From the NCBI GenBank assembly GCA_036172245.1, contig JAYWIR010000002.1:4898001-4962000 (forward strand): 64,000 nucleotides of DNA, in the 5' to 3' direction. Positions 1-14,710 of this stretch are shown here, piece by piece; the stretch's first letter is position 1; each line of letters begins with the position of its first letter. The notes under the pieces were generated by a model. That model had not been told where the DNA came from and did not search any database. It saw only the letters and a list, made by a program, of their open reading frames with translations. A program made the translations under genes and the position numbers. The stretch is from Raillietiella orientalis. Lineage: Eukaryota.

Positions 1-143
1 CCCTCCATCGAATGCTTTAATAGGTAAAAGAATTTCGTTGGTGTTAATGTGTTCTCGTGTTTTGTATGTATTCTGGTATGTACTTTTTCAGATGGTGGCT
101 GAGGGATAAAATTAGCGTTGTTCCAACTCTTTATCACGACTGA
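1..143 (+). CDS. Possible 3' end of an unidentified gene running in from the window edge (exons 1-23, 92-143)
   Basis: Donor AG|gtaaaa at 24 and acceptor tttttcag ending at 91 join in frame to give PSIECFNRWWLRDKISVVPTLYHD-stop. No homology recognised. Confidence 0.3.
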
Positions 144-1471
144 CATTCGTTAGTGTTCAAATTACAAGACCAAACACAAGACAGATGAAGTGAGTATGTG
201 AGTTGGCCTTCGATGGGAATGCGTCATTTGCTGACATTTACTGTTGAAACAAGTTTTTCAGTTTCTCGCCGGCTCTTTGTTCAGAACTCTAAAGTTCATA
301 TTTGTAACTTTTATGTTGAGAATAGGCTTGATTTTTGCGGACACTTTCGAAGGTTCCTCTTGAAGAATACCATTTTGCAATAGAGTTTTTCCTTGCATTG
401 ATTCCCTTGTCTTCTCAAATTCCCATGAGGAAATGTTCTAGTACATTCGAGTTGCATATAACCATTTTTTGCAGTAGGTCTGAAGTTTGGTATAAAGATC
501 CAATTCTAGGAAGAGCACTAATTCCCCAGGCAAATCGCTCTAACTCAGAAAGTGTAGTATATGCTAAGCATTTTTCATTACTGTTTGTACTATTTGCCAC
601 ACTGGGAGAAAACTTTGTTTCATATTTTCGCATAACCTTCATTTTTCAAAAACAAGCAGAAACAGCTCCAATGGTTCCTCTTCAGATGATGATGCTTAAA
701 CCTGCAATTATGGTGATCGAAAATGATAAAACAGGTATTATGAAAGTCTAAAAAAGGAGGGCCATTTTAATGTCATTTGCAAATGCACATGGATGACGAT
801 GTCTGAATTTCGGAAGTAATATGCTACTGCACTTATCCCTGATTCTAGACATGTTGGCATTACATAATGCGATAAAACCTCAAGCTGGCCTTCTCACGTT
901 TTTGGGTTCTGGATGAACTTACATAATGTTGGGGAAAATTCGCTTGCTTGAGGATTTGTGGTGCTAAGAAATCTCTCTTGCACACGAATCTCCGAAAACA
1001 TTGAATGAGGAGGGGGCAGGAATGTACCATAGATCCTTCCTATTTTTCTAAAGTTCTCTAGACTTTATTACGAAAACCATATATTATCCATCCAAACCAA
1101 ATCGAAATCATACCAAGTAATACAAACACAAATATTGCTTCTATTCCTATTGGCTGTGATTGATTACCAAGAAAGCAGTAGCTTACACCAAACATAAAAG
1201 TATAGATGCTGTAACAAGTTTTTTTCCTAAGTTTAACCATTGGCATATTATTTACTGAAGCCATAAAGTTTGATATACCTGCTGTTGCAGTATGTAATCT
1301 TCAATACTGATCACATTCCACATCCCATTTCAGATTTTTTTCTGTACCCAATTGTTTAATATACTTATGATGAATTAAAAAATATTTTGGAAAACAATCG
1401 TAGTTGAAAATATATTTTTCTATTAATCCTGTATATGATAAAAACATGTCTGCTATTCGGTGTTGGAAAGT

Positions 1472-2371
1472 TCATTTTACACATGATGGCCAAGATGCCC
1501 CACCACATGCAATAGCTCCAATAATGTATATAACCAACTAAAATTCACATAATGAAACTTAAAATATCAAACATCTCTTAACTTACAGCAACAACAACAA
1601 ATAAGAATACCATTACTCTAACATTCTTCCACCAGAATGATCGAGCCAAATTCCTACTTGTTACTCGGAATGTCATTGACTAACCAAAATTTAGTCATTT
1701 CTCAATATTCTACTTACACTGCTTTCTAAATCTTGTGTTTTGTTGACTAGGAGCTCCAATTTTTCCCCACGGCACATCAGGCTATCTACATAAGTATTAT
1801 TAAGTATGTTTGTTTCAATACAACTAATGTACCGATATTTTTCACCATAATATCTGTGAGCTCATCCAATTCATCCTGTGCACGACTTAATGCACTTGAA
1901 TGCTGATCTTCAGAATAATATTTCTAATACAAATATAAAAGATAGAAACAAACAATGAGGTTAATTCAAGCATATTCACCATTTGGGTTCGTAAAGTACC
2001 AGAGAAATCATAATTCATTGCAAAAGGAAGTGCTGTAAGGGCTCGATCACCATAAGTCATTTGAAATTGCTTTTTTATATCATTTAGGAATGCAAAGGCA
2101 CGAGAACGATCAAAGCCCTGAAATCCAAAAATATTACATTTAGTTTACTTATGATTCAACACACATTATCTGTGATGCACAAATATGTGATTTCATTTTC
2201 ATGGATGTAATGGAACAGATAGTCGGCATTGGCATATGTCAACTTTGGTGTCAGTTCAGGTTGCATCTGGGCTAAAACTTGATCTGTTACTTGGCCAAAA
2301 TTGCCCACACAATCTGCATGCCGAGCAAGCACAATATTGCCTCTAGCAACTACACTGAATAAGATTGGCAT
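1472..2371 (-). CDS. VAMP7: Vesicle-associated membrane protein 7 (longin R-SNARE), 220 aa, 6 exons
   Basis: Exons 2371-2165, 2117-1980, 1923-1833, 1785-1718, 1679-1587 and 1537-1472 total 663 nt, with GT-AG introns throughout. Longin domain MPILFSVVARG..YLFHY..YLCITD..FDRSRAFAFL, R-SNARE motif IMVKNIDSLMCRGEKLELLVNKT, C-terminal TM followed by CGGASWPSC. Confidence 0.96.
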
Positions 2372-4579
2372 CTTTGCTAAGAGTCTTTTAAAATAGAGGA
2401 ATTTAAACAAAATTCATTGCTTAAAAATCTACTGAAAAAACAAAAAAGTTTTCAAAATTAAACAGTCCTGTGCTTCAAAAATAAAATTTATTTTCTCTTG
2501 AAAACAAAAATTATATTTCATTCTACATCCTTTTCTATCCCTTTTGCGCATGTTCCCATCTTTCTTATGCATCACTTATCATTACAAATCATTTTTAATT
2601 GCAAACTAAGGTATTCCAATCCATTGTTTATTTGTGCCTTCAATGAATCTACAATATAAGTTTGATAGAACTAATTATGATCATTACTTTCTCATGAATT
2701 CAATTATAACATTAGCAGCTCGTATTATTTTTAAAACACAATATCTTAATGTAGCTTTGCAGCTGAGATAAACTGGAATCACCTGACAGATGTTATTATT
2801 GATGCACCTAATAGCAACCCATGAGAACAGCATGGGGTGAAGGTCTTAGTGTGTACAGGATTACTATTATTGCAGACTCACAGATACATAGAGACATAAA
2901 GTAATTGGTGCATCTTGAAATGCAATATGTCAAAATTGACTCAAATACCCACTTGCAAAGACTCATCCACATGCATAACTTTAAACAAACAATGCAGCAA
3001 GCACATACAAGGCCAGCTTATATGAAAGTGATCTAAACTTCAAGACCAAGTATTAATATAGATGGCTGAAGAGAAATCATGCTGAGAAATCTACCTATGT
3101 TCTGGATAACAACAAAGTCAATGTCTTACATAGAATGAGAACATGAGGTAATGACTAGGTGTTTTCATGAATGAAATCAAAGCATGCAAAACATTTCTGT
3201 ATTTATCAAATAATGATGGCTAAGAACAGCATGATCAAAGGGGCAGATGTATAATTGTGTACTGAAGATGACCCATCACTTTTAATTCATTACCTCACCT
3301 TTTGTAAGTATTCCTACATGTCAGCTTATGGGAAAAAATTCCATCCATTTCGATGTATAATGCAATGAATATGGAAAACTATAAAATAAAAGTTAAATAT
3401 GATATTATTTATCTCAATATCACTCCTGATATTGTTGAAGGTGAGTGCTTTGTAAGCATAGTATTTCAATGTTTGCATGGTTTATTGCTCTGGCCAAGAT
3501 CATAGCATAAAACCGAAGGCAGTTAGATGACAACAGCATTACAATTAAAACAGTTTGTGAAGGAAAACTTGCAACAACCATAATAGTTTCCTGTTCAACT
3601 AATGGTAAACGGAAATTAAATAGTACGATTGAATTTCACTGATATGTTACAACATAATGTAAACAAACGTAAAACAGCTGACTCAAGAATGAGTTGCTTG
3701 AGTAATGATGAAATAAATAAAATTCAAAATCTTTTTCTCTTTGAACACACATATGATGGTAGCATATATTCATTACAAACAAGTTTCTTATGTTAATCTC
3801 AAACTGTAGTACGACAAAATACACAAAAACCATACTGGTCCGTACCAGTGTAGTTTTTGTCAAAAACCTTACAACCATACTTCAAAGTTATCTTATCATG
3901 AAAACCATTAACTACGTGCATGTATCTTCTCCAGCATTCGTACCACAAATGGATAAATACTAAAGCATGGAAGCCAAATCAACAGAACAAATGATACAAA
4001 TGCACTTGGCACCGAAACATTGCTACTTTTTTATCGCATATTGCACCCAGGTTATATTTCCAATTTAACTTTGGCTTTTGATACAACTCACTTTCAAGCA
4101 ACTATTTCTGAGCCTTCTTACACCTTGCTTAGTTTACAACCAAGTGCGTTAGTTACTTTCGGAAATAATATTAGCATACTTCATTGGTTGTAAATATTAT
4201 AAAAAAAAACAATTAGACCCAAGAGAAAAATTCCTAAAATCAAGGTAACAACATTTGAAAATACAAAAATATTCTGCATAGTTCCCTAGATTTGAAAGGA
4301 AAAATAGTTTTTCCATAAAAAGATTCGTCACAAACAACACTGACTTGCGGTGATTTTATTTTGCTCATAAAGAAGAGAAAAATTGACACAGGATTAAAGA
4401 AATTCAAGTGAACACAAATGCATAGTAAGTTAATGTTGCACAAAATATTGGTGAGCAATTTATCTGACGATCAGATTATTTAAAAATTTCCCACTAGCCC
4501 AATCACTAAAAATAACGTGCCTCACAATTAGCTTACTAAAAACATTATTAAACTTCCTGAACGTTTTTCATTTCCTTCT

Positions 4580-4680
4580 AAATGAGTATCTCATGAATGA
4601 GAAGATTTTATTTATCCATTTCTTTAATTCAGTCCTATTTTTCTTTAACCCGGCTAACTTTTTAAGCCACAGAGCAGTTT
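4580..4680 (+). repeat. AT-rich dispersed repeat of about 100 bp, copy 1
   Basis: aaatgagtatctcatgaatgagaagattttatttatccatttc...cctatttttctttaacccgg...aagccacagagcagtt matches 7221-7313 in direct orientation. Confidence 0.8.
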
Positions 4681-7220
4681 GTTATCTGGATCGAATAATA
4701 GTACTGTTTCTGTTGTAATTTATTAGTACTCAATACCATTTGTCAAAATTACTCCCAAACGAGATTTTGTGGGTTGATTTTCAAGATATTTCATGTTCTT
4801 CAGAAAATGATGGTATCCGAGAAACCAGGATACAAATCGTGGGTAAAAAATATACACTGTCCCATATATTGTCACATACTTGTGTATCCTAATATTTGTA
4901 AGATTTAAATTTCTGATAGCCAAACAAAACTCAATTTCTCAGTTGCCTCTAATCATAATGTAACAGACCTACATTGATATTATTAATAAAGTCTTATGAT
5001 GTCCAGAAAAGCATATGAATACATATCATTCCTACACACGAATACAATAGAGTAAAATTTGCATATTTGTTTCGTTGAAACGAAACAAACTTTTATATAA
5101 AGTCTGTTTCGTTTTGGGAATGATAAAGGTAATCGCAATAGAACGAAATTTTTCCACTTAATACAAATATGTAAATTTTATTTGATATATCTTAATGAAC
5201 TGAAATAGATTTCGAGACTAGCACTTATGTAATGCATTGAAAATCAAGTCTCAAAGAAAGGTTCGTCGAAGTAGTATCAAGAAACGATCATACCATCAAA
5301 AAAATGGGATTTCAAAGTCAATAAAGAAAATGCATTATCACACAGTGACTTCATGAATGTTAATGATGAGACCGGAAATTCTATCGTAGGTTCCAGATGT
5401 ACACTAAGAACTTCTGTGCAAACATCCAAGGTCATGTTAATACAATTGGTCACACTTATTCGTAGTTTATAAAGCACATCGTGATTGCAAAACCTATCGG
5501 GTTACTCCCATCTTTTGGACTGAAACATAATTCTTTCATAGAAGTGCTCACTGATGCTACGAAGCTCTCCATTCCATTCCTGATTGCAAATTTTCACTCG
5601 CATTTCGGACAAATTTAGGATAACATTCGATCTTAGGATGAATAAACTTTTTGCGATCGCAAACACAGGTGAACGTATGGAGCTGAGAGTAGGAATTCAT
5701 CTAGCAGAAAAATGGAAAAAGTCTACAACAGTTTTACAGCACTCCTCTCATCCTATGAGCTGGTTTGGAACGAGATTGTCTTGCCATTTTTGAATGCCCT
5801 TGCATCGTGATTCAGAAACTATCCTTAACAAAATTCACAGATTACCTTTGAGATATCCCTCAAGTATGACTAAAATGAATAGTAGAAGACCTGTTTTGTC
5901 CCTCACAAAACATGGCCATAGGTAATTATCTTCCAAAGGCAGTAAGCTAAACACTATGAATGGATTCCATACTGATCTCGTCAGATTGTGTTATTCTTCT
6001 ACAAACTCAGACACTGAAGATTCAACAGATAGATACTTGTAATTAAACGATCAAGAAATTGGTACATCGTGTGATACCTCCGTTCAAATAAATAGAGATT
6101 TTATTCTACAGGGCAACCGATAGCTAAGTTTGTTTCATAACTCAACTCTTCAACTCATTTACATCTGTAATGAGGTTCAGCATACCGGGATCTCTTCAGT
6201 TGCTGCCAAACATATCTGGATTAAAATATAAATTCTAGCTATTTTAAAAAACAGCAAAGCACTTGTAATAATTCCATTATACAGTTACCAATGCCGTTTC
6301 ATTATAAGTCAATCATATTTTTTTTGTTGCGGATTGAATGAACACAGCATAGCATGATAACGGCGATGAATACTGTTTTTATCAAGGCATCTTTTTAAAA
6401 GAATAAATTAATCGTTTGAATTATTTTCTTAATCGATAGTAAATGACAAAATCATTTCTCATGGTATATTCGCTTACAGACACCAAATGAACACTGCAAT
6501 AATAAAAAAAATGCAGTTGTTGTACATGCTATACCAGCATACAAAACATTGGCATTTGCGTATGCTAGCCTGTTTAATGTACTGGAAATGGATTCGTGAA
6601 GTCAAATTCAAACTTACTGTTAGTGCATAGCCAATATGAAATTATTTCAGATATTACTACGTCTAAACGAAAGGGAAAATATGCATACATTACTTAGCAT
6701 CTTCGAAGTAAAGGAAAAGCTGTCAAACAGAAAAAAATATAAGATTCCTTAAATGCGTGGAAGCACTCAAGTAGCTCAACAGCGATTGGGGTTTAGAAAG
6801 ATGAAGGTTTTCGATTTTGAATATATTACAAATAATATTTCTGATAATTGCACAACATCTATTTAATTCTAGAGTGGCAATAGACTTTCAAATACGTATG
6901 AAGTGAACCTGAATGGTATTTTGCCCGTACGTGTGCAAAAATACCAAAATAAAAATATAAAACAAAATGTAAAATGTAAAAAATATATATAAAAAAATAT
7001 AAAATAAACTGGCAATAATTGGGCAACTATAAACAAATGAAAATTCGTCTTTCACGGAAGAAAATCTTTGTTGGATCCCTTAGTGTTCACTCACTTACTT
7101 CATTTGTTTATAGTGACTACCTCTTACTCATATTACGCTTTTATGAAGCCTTACTGCACCCTTGAATTTCGTATTGAAAGAAATTTTGGTTTTAATTAAA
7201 AAAAAAAGATTCTCTGCATG

Positions 7221-7313
7221 AAATGAGCATTTCATAAATGAGAAGATTTTATTCATTCATTTCTTAAATTCATTCCTATTTTTCTTTAACCCGGTTTCAA
7301 GCCACGAGCAGTT
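7221..7313 (+). repeat. AT-rich dispersed repeat of about 100 bp, copy 2
   Basis: aaatgagcatttcataaatgagaagattttattcattcatttc...cctatttttctttaacccgg..aagccacgagcagtt matches 4580-4680. Confidence 0.8.
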
Positions 7314-7819
7314 CGCATGGCATGTACATGTATCCACATGTCTTTCGTACAAAAGGAAATCATCCAGTTTTTTCTTTCCCATCAAGGCCTTGAAAGTATT
7401 TAGGTGTCAATCGTACCGCTTGTATTTGAATGTGATTTTACTCTTATGCTAACTTCTCTATTGCAACCAGAAAACTCGAACAAGGAGCACACAACAGAAT
7501 ATTCTCCTTTTAAGCAAGTGAAACTATTCATATACTCTCAATGGTTCGATCTGGTTGAATCTCATTCACGAATGAAATTTTACATAGAGTCGTACAAGTT
7601 CTCAGCTAAACTCACCAAAAGCATTCAACTGCCTTTCCCATAACACAAATGTGTGATTCCTCATGTTCCTCTTCGAAAAAAAAACCTCACTGAGATCTGG
7701 ACTTATTTGTTATTGTGGAACAGTTAAGGCGTTCGGAAAGGTACGCAAAATTATTCAAGGAGCTGCTGCCCATTCCGTTTTTGTTGTGTTTCTCATGAAT
7801 CATGCCTTGCCTTCTCGAA

Positions 7820-8260
7820 TTAAGTTGGCTACAGGATGCTGCATCACAGCCATTTACTCACAAATCAGGAACTGCTATGAGTTACTGCAACTCATTCTTT
7901 TAAATCATGAGGTTCGAAAATTTAGTGCTGTTTTCAGTCCCCGTTGAATTGTACTCATTTCGACTTCCATCACGATTCAATTTCTCTTGCAGCGTACAAA
8001 AGCCATATCTTTTGCCGGAAATACTCCAGGATCAATCTTCCAGCTCTAAGAACAATAAATACAAAAAGTGATTAACGGATGGAATGGAGAGCTTCCCTTG
8101 AAATTCGAAAAATTACGTTTCAAGTAGGGATGCATGTGTTCAATCCAGGGTTAGGTTGTTTTTCCCTGTTCATTCCCCCCCAAGATTGTCAAGTTTCAGA
8201 AGGCTCGTGGCTTGCCCTTTGGACTGGTACCATCCAAAGTTTAAACTGCATGCACCGCCA
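7820..8260 (+). mobile_element. Possible very decayed Gypsy integrase relic
   Basis: ITAIYSQIRNCYELL resembles TTAYHPQxNGxxER. ITFQVGMHV...WLALWTGTI resembles the integrase C-terminal FxVGDxV...WxGPY, and the two occur in the expected order. Confidence 0.3.
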
Positions 8261-8829
8261 AGCATTTTTTTGCGTTTCATGAATTCTGCATTTTGTACAC
8301 TTATTAAAATTTCACTCGAATAATTAGTACGCACCTCGATTGCTTGAATTTCAAATCTGTTGAAGAGTTATTCTCACATTTTTGAGTCCTCTGAATTTCG
8401 AATTCGTTTGCAATTTTTCCTCAGTGTGTACCATTACAGAACATGTCCCCGATGTCTCTTTTTTGCTGATGGAAAGTAAGATGAAATCGATGGCAGTTTA
8501 TGGTGAAAACCTCGATTTTGAAATGCTTGCTGAAACTAGAAGAGCAAATAAGCCTTAAATCACTATCTGTCTGCATACTTTGGACATCACAAGTTCTCAT
8601 TTTCCACTTTTGAATATTTTCTGTACCTCTCAACTTGCTACGGCAGGAGTATTTACTCTATAGGTATAAAAGAAAAAAGTCCGAAAAACCCCACTACTAA
8701 TGCCTACGCAAGTTTTGAAAAATGCTTAAACAAGATGAGATTTAAGTCAGATTTCATTCTTATGAAAAGAATTTGAATCATTCCACAAAAATTGCATACA
8801 AATGAATGCTATGAAGCTCATCTGTTTTC

Positions 8830-9130
8830 ACTATGTTTTCCCTGCGGGAAGCTGCCCTTCTGAATTTCGGAAGCGTCCCTTCGGGGTTCTCTTCAGAGAG
8901 GTTCCCTTGCGGGTTCCCTCCGGAGAACAAATTCCTACTAGCGGCGGATCCTTTCCGAGTTCCCTTCGGAGAAGATGAAATGGAAAGGAACACCCTCCGC
9001 AAGGAAGGTCCATCCGGAGGAAGAGGAAGAAGATTCCCTTCTGGTTCCCCTTCGGAGACAACCAGGGTGGGAGGGGCGATCCCCCCATCCGGGGGATCCC
9101 TCCCCAAGCGTGAGAGAAACGGACAATTTT
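8830..9130 (+). repeat. GC-rich interspersed repeat (family A, probable Gypsy gag/protease-region relic), copy 1
   Basis: Shares translated motifs (GSVPSG and VPFGE; SSPKGT and PEGTLP on the opposite strand) with 59911-60247, and similar PSG/PFG-rich sequence with 30200-30500. It forms a sharp GC island in AT-rich DNA. Confidence 0.7.
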
Positions 9131-12100
9131 AGTGATTTTATAGAGCTTCGTTTTTAGTTTTCGATTAATGTAATTTGTAAACTCCTTAATCCTTTCATTA
9201 TAACTGCAGTTCCTTTTTCACAAAACAGTACATCATATGAACAAAACGGTACGACCAATATTTCAAAGCTTATCTTCTATCATAACTACATCATGTTTAT
9301 TCATATTACGTCAATGCAGACATGATAAAGTATTCTTTGACACCTTGGTGTGAAACAATAACGATGTGGGATCTTCCATATGATCTTTAATGTATTATTT
9401 TTGTGTTTTACCATACTAAATTGCTTCATAAACATCTTTGTGAAAATGCATTCGATGTGTTATTGACACTCGGTTAGATTACGTTTTAGTTCATTTTTGA
9501 AAACCGCCACATTATAATCGGTATTACTTGTGAATCGACAAGACTATGACCTTCGTTGTTTTAATACCAAGATGATTACCTGCTGACTACGAAATTATCA
9601 TAAGCTTCTATAAATGTTTACCAATGTTCCAGGTCTGACATGACAGCCAAGAGTTCTCACTGAAGGATTACATCCAATAGAAACTAAACAACAAAAAAAA
9701 AAGGACATTTCGTCCTCAGAAGAAACTGTAAAATCTCATCCGTACATGAGATCTCAGTGGAAATCAAGAAAAGGAAAGCAAAGAAATAAATCGAATTCAG
9801 TAGGAAAGCGAGCAGCCCCGGATTACTTTACAGAATCCGATCCATTCGCTTTCGAGATAATCAACAGATTTTCAGCGTTATCATCTGCTAAAAAACGCCC
9901 AGACGCATCAGCCCTTAAATTTGCACTTCTATTTTCTTCTCCCGAAATTGCAATTCATTTCCAAGCAATTCTAACATATGTTACATTATGGAAAGTTTTC
10001 ACGTGCTTCTAGTTGCAAAGCAGGCGTGAACTGCTTTTCTACAAATTACTTGTTTCTTAACACGCAAAATATGGAAAAAATAAGTATTGATTTCACATGA
10101 CCAGCCTTAGAGGGTATTTAGCAAAAACATAATTTTTGACTGATTCGAACAATCATAACAAAAATATTCATTTGAAATATTTTGTAGTTGCTGATTAATT
10201 CTTTCAAATATTGCGCAATGGTCTATTGTCTCAGTATCTTTGAATTAGATTAAGATTAATTCATTAAATATTCCAAACCAAGACAACTTATAAAACTTAG
10301 ACAACTTATATATAAAATAGGATTCAAGGTTTTAAATTTCGATCCAAATTTCTCTTCTTCACAATGATAAATGTTGTTTGCTCATAAACATATAGGGAAG
10401 AACTAGCCATTATTCATTCTTGAAATGTGATCGGAAATAGTTAAAGAAAACAAAACAGTTTACTTAAGTGTGAACGCAAGCATATGCAACATTACTTATC
10501 AATCTTAACAGCACAGATTAAGAAATAAGGCGATCCTTAAAACGAGTGTTTCCCATGAGTCATTAGTGCGGCAAGCATAACCATTTTGCTCATGGCAAAT
10601 AGACATCGCGTCAACTCTTAGAGGCTTCGAATTCTTCTTGAGAAACCTTTTTTTTTTTTAATTTTTTTGAAAAGCTTCGGTTCTTTCCAACAACGCTAGG
10701 ACTTCCCAAAATACGATCGGCTATTCACGAGCTCTTTCGTGATTACCAGAACTGACTGATAAAAGGGTTATCTGCCTAGTTGTTACGACAGCATTAGTTC
10801 TCCTCTCACAATCACAAAAGAACTCACACTAGTTTATTTCGGCATGCATCTGCGTTTTTTCACTTGCAGCAGAGTTGCATTTCCAGAAAATGCCCTCTTG
10901 CAACGTTTTTATCAAGCTGGGAAGGCGAAAACTGCAGATACTGAGAGATTTGAATCGGCAATATGAAACTTTTAGCTATTCTTCAATGCAGGTATTCAGG
11001 CATTTGGCGCAAAACAGATTTTAGGACTCTTTAGCCCGTTTGTCATTGTAAAGTTAACCCCCTCGACCATCCGTCAGTGTTGCAGCGAAATTTCCTTTGT
11101 TTGATTGGGAGCTGAAATTATTCTTAAAATCTATTCAAAAAAGATTGCGGGGCTGAGTATGTCATCATGGATATGCACATTTTCAAGACAGCCTTTTCAC
11201 TCTGTTGCAATTTCTTTCCATGGTGAATCTGTGACACTAGAGAGATAAAATTCCACTGAAAGTCACCCAATCTTTAATCACTTTCGTATGGGATTTTTGC
11301 CCAACGCAAGAGTATTACGGGAATTGTACGATGCTATGTGATTTTTATTTTAAAAAAATATGCAGTAAGCAGTTTTTCACTGCTAAAAGACATTAGTACC
11401 CACGTATACTTATATATGAACTACAGATATTATCTTAATAACCAGACATCTGTGCTGGATTGTGCTTTTGCCATTTTTTGTTTTTCAATAGCGATTGGTT
11501 CTATTCTGTGTTTAATACTTTACTTTAGAGGTCCACCTTGAGGATCCAATTACCCAGTTTAGGTGGATATTTGAGACTTTCCCAAAAGTTCACGAACACA
11601 ATTTTCGAAACAATATTTTTATTTAGTTTCTCTGCCACAGTGTAAATATAATGAAACAAACACCAAAGCTTACTACTATCCGATCTACTACTATATTGAT
11701 TCCAACAGCAGTCAGAGTTTCATAGAGGAATTCAAAGAAGCTAAAAGTGAAGAAATCCAAATGGAGGAAATATCATTGACAATATTAACATTTGCAATCA
11801 ACATTTAGAAGTTGACGGACTCAAACTAAATGAAACTCGTTACAGTGTGGTCATGAAATGCCGGGTGCAGATGATCCTACAATGAATGGAGACAATTTCG
11901 GTGATTTTATAAAAGATTGAATAGTTAATCCAAATGAACACCTAAGTAGGTGCCTCAAGAAACGTAGATCCACTGATTCTTTTGAATTCTTGTGTTGATT
12001 GTTTACCTAAAGTTTCCATACCTTTTTAATAACTCATTAGAAGAACAACTGAAAATAGTCTGTGTAAAAGTTCCTATTCATTTTTTTTAAAGGAGAATTA

Positions 12101-14419
12101 TTTACGCGGGGCGTCTTCTGAATATAAACACAGATTCTGTAAACTTATATCAGAGATGGTTATGCAAACAATACATCCACAAACATTTTTGAAATATTAA
12201 AGAGATACAAAGAATCCATAATAAGTGAGAAGGATGCAGTTTTCATGGTTTATGTTAAGCGAGAAAATTTCAAGATGAGATTTAACTTTGTACACCTCTA
12301 TGCGTTCTACATAAAGAAAATGAAAGGAGGAATCGCCTCGAATTCGATATTACCAGAATTTTTTGCGAAGTTCTATTGGTATTTCTGTTCTTCCTAGTTT
12401 TTGCTTACTCCCCTCGTTATTCATCTTGCAATGTGTGAAGGCAGAAAAAACCTGGGAAAAGGAAAAAACATTACAAACACGAGCAGCTCAAAAACTTTTG
12501 AAAATTCACAATCAGCGCGTCACATTGGCTAATGATTTCATTTGCTGCTTTTGAATTGAGAAGGAAGCTTTAGAAGTCAGCAATGCAAATGCCGAATGCC
12601 TTTTGCACGTGGATATCGTACCTTTTTCCATTTCGTTCAGAGTTTGCATAACGATCACAGTTTCGCATACAATAATAAAACATTAATATTGCTTACAGAG
12701 TTTACTTTTCCCTTTGTTTGCTGTTCGGATTGCCTCAGAGCCTGAAAGGTCATTGATTCTTTTGATTCCTGAGCTTTCAATCAGTATTTTTGTGTGAATA
12801 CTTAATCAGAAACAGAATAGTTCAAAAAAGCAGCAGACCGCTAAGAATATGAACTGCTGGCCAATGTGATCTTCTTTACAGTTCAGGAGACTGAATGTTT
12901 CGTTACAATTCAAGAAACTGTCTTGGATTTTGATGAGTTCATAAGAGATGGAATGCCTCTTCTGACCCTTGCGGGTATCGATCCAGAAATTTAGTGTGAA
13001 GCCAACGCTGGACCCATGAGTACGTTTTCCTAAATACTTGGTCTTTTTAGTTTTCATAGAGGAGCTCAAATTCTTGTCTAAAGTTTGAACCAAAGCTCGT
13101 TTCACAAATTCCTCGCTCAAATAGATGAAACTGAATGTTTTCCTTAAAACTATGTGGCCTATGTTTAAGGAAAGTTTTCCTGAAGAAGAGAATACCATGC
13201 TTCTTGAACACCTAAAACGTTGCGTAACGAGCATACATCCTCGTGTTTGCCTCCCAATATTGTATGCTTTGAATGGCAACATATGGGAATTTTGACATTA
13301 GTTCCGCCTTTCACACTGTCCTATCTCTAGCTGTCTTAATCTTTTCAACCAGTCATGCTCCAGCCTGAATTCTTCAGTGGCTGCGTGCGCAGTTGTATTA
13401 CTTGAAAAGATGATATTTATCAAAGTATTAGTTCTCTTAGGCTTGGCAGAAGTATATGGAGCTTTTATGAAACCTTTCAATGTACATACGCGAAAAGTAT
13501 GCACGGGTGTCTGAGAGACTTGGATCTGATTCCTAAATATACTACACTTAAATTGATTTTTCTAACTAGAGTGGATTTTAATTTTTAAATCATATAAGAC
13601 AGGAAAAATCGGCCTTAATACGAAAAGCACTGGTAGTTTAAAGCATTTGTTTCGGAGATTACCCAACACCTGCTAAATATTTACTATATACAAACGTAAG
13701 TGGCATACAAAAAGGAGCATTCATCATTCCAAAAGAACCGTATTATGATTCATTTTTAGTACTGAATTACTACTTGGTGACCAAATAATGGTTATTGTGC
13801 AATTCTAAACGCATATACTTACTGCTGTTCTCTAGAGATTTCCAATTTCTGAAATTACAAAAATCCACATGTGTTTGTGCCTTTAAATACAATAAACGTA
13901 AAGAATAAGAAAACAAGCACATATTTGGTTGGTTTATTTTCTCAGATCCTTTTTCATAAAATCACATCCAAGTCTTTCCTGGAGAGATGTCATTAATAAT
14001 CCATTCTTAGTCTTGCCACATTCTTAGATGTATTTGCGGTTAGAAGTCTTGATATAATTTTAAGAGCTGATGTTCATGTTTTAGGTTATCATTTCTTACG
14101 AATTTTAACTTTTTTTTTTTTATCGTATTTCTTATAATGAGATCATTAATTCCCCTGATTGCGATCAGATAACCCCATCAGTTTTCGTGGATCCATCCTC
14201 ATTTGTTTGGTCATTATCTATAAAACCTACTAATAGGAATCTAATCCCCTCTCTTAATGGCAAAGAACTTCGCAGACGTCTAAGAAAATGTTCAATATTT
14301 TTTCGAAGTATTTCTTGGTGTCATTGGTTTTGAAGAAGCTTAACTGCATTTGTTTGAGGAAGAAATGTGCCTGAAATATTGATACATGTTGCTATATCAG
14401 ATCTCTTCGATGAAATTCC

Positions 14420-14710
14420 CGTTTTTGATGTTAATTACTAATTCATGTACTTAGTATTTGAATGGGCTGACTAATGGATCGAGGACTGAAGTCGTATCGG
14501 AAGAAGATTATATAATTTTGTTCAATGGCTGAATATGAAAGTTGAGTCATTGAGACAACGTTTTAACAAGCACACTCCATGATTGTATTTTTAGTCCCAT
14601 GTTCAGGTTCAGATTTTCCAAAAACTGGCAGTCATGCCAATCATCCAAGCAATTTTGTCGGCTTATCATCTCTTCATGATATAATAATCAGGCAAAACTT
14701 TAGCTAAGAA
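14420..14710 (+). mobile_element. Possible decayed PIF1-type (Helitron-like) helicase fragment
   Basis: In-frame FLMLITNSCT*YLNGLTNGSRTEVV (about 14422-14496) resembles the PIF1/Helitron motif VMLxxNLxxxxGLxNGSRGxV. Downstream MPIIQA...GKTLAK resembles FPLxLA...QGxTLxK. Stop codons are present. Confidence 0.35.

Noticed and set aside
12806..13504. ORFs with KTKKTKYLG and FRLEHDWLKRL, reminiscent of non-LTR or Penelope RT/endonuclease
   Set aside because: The motifs are too short and their order is not diagnostic.
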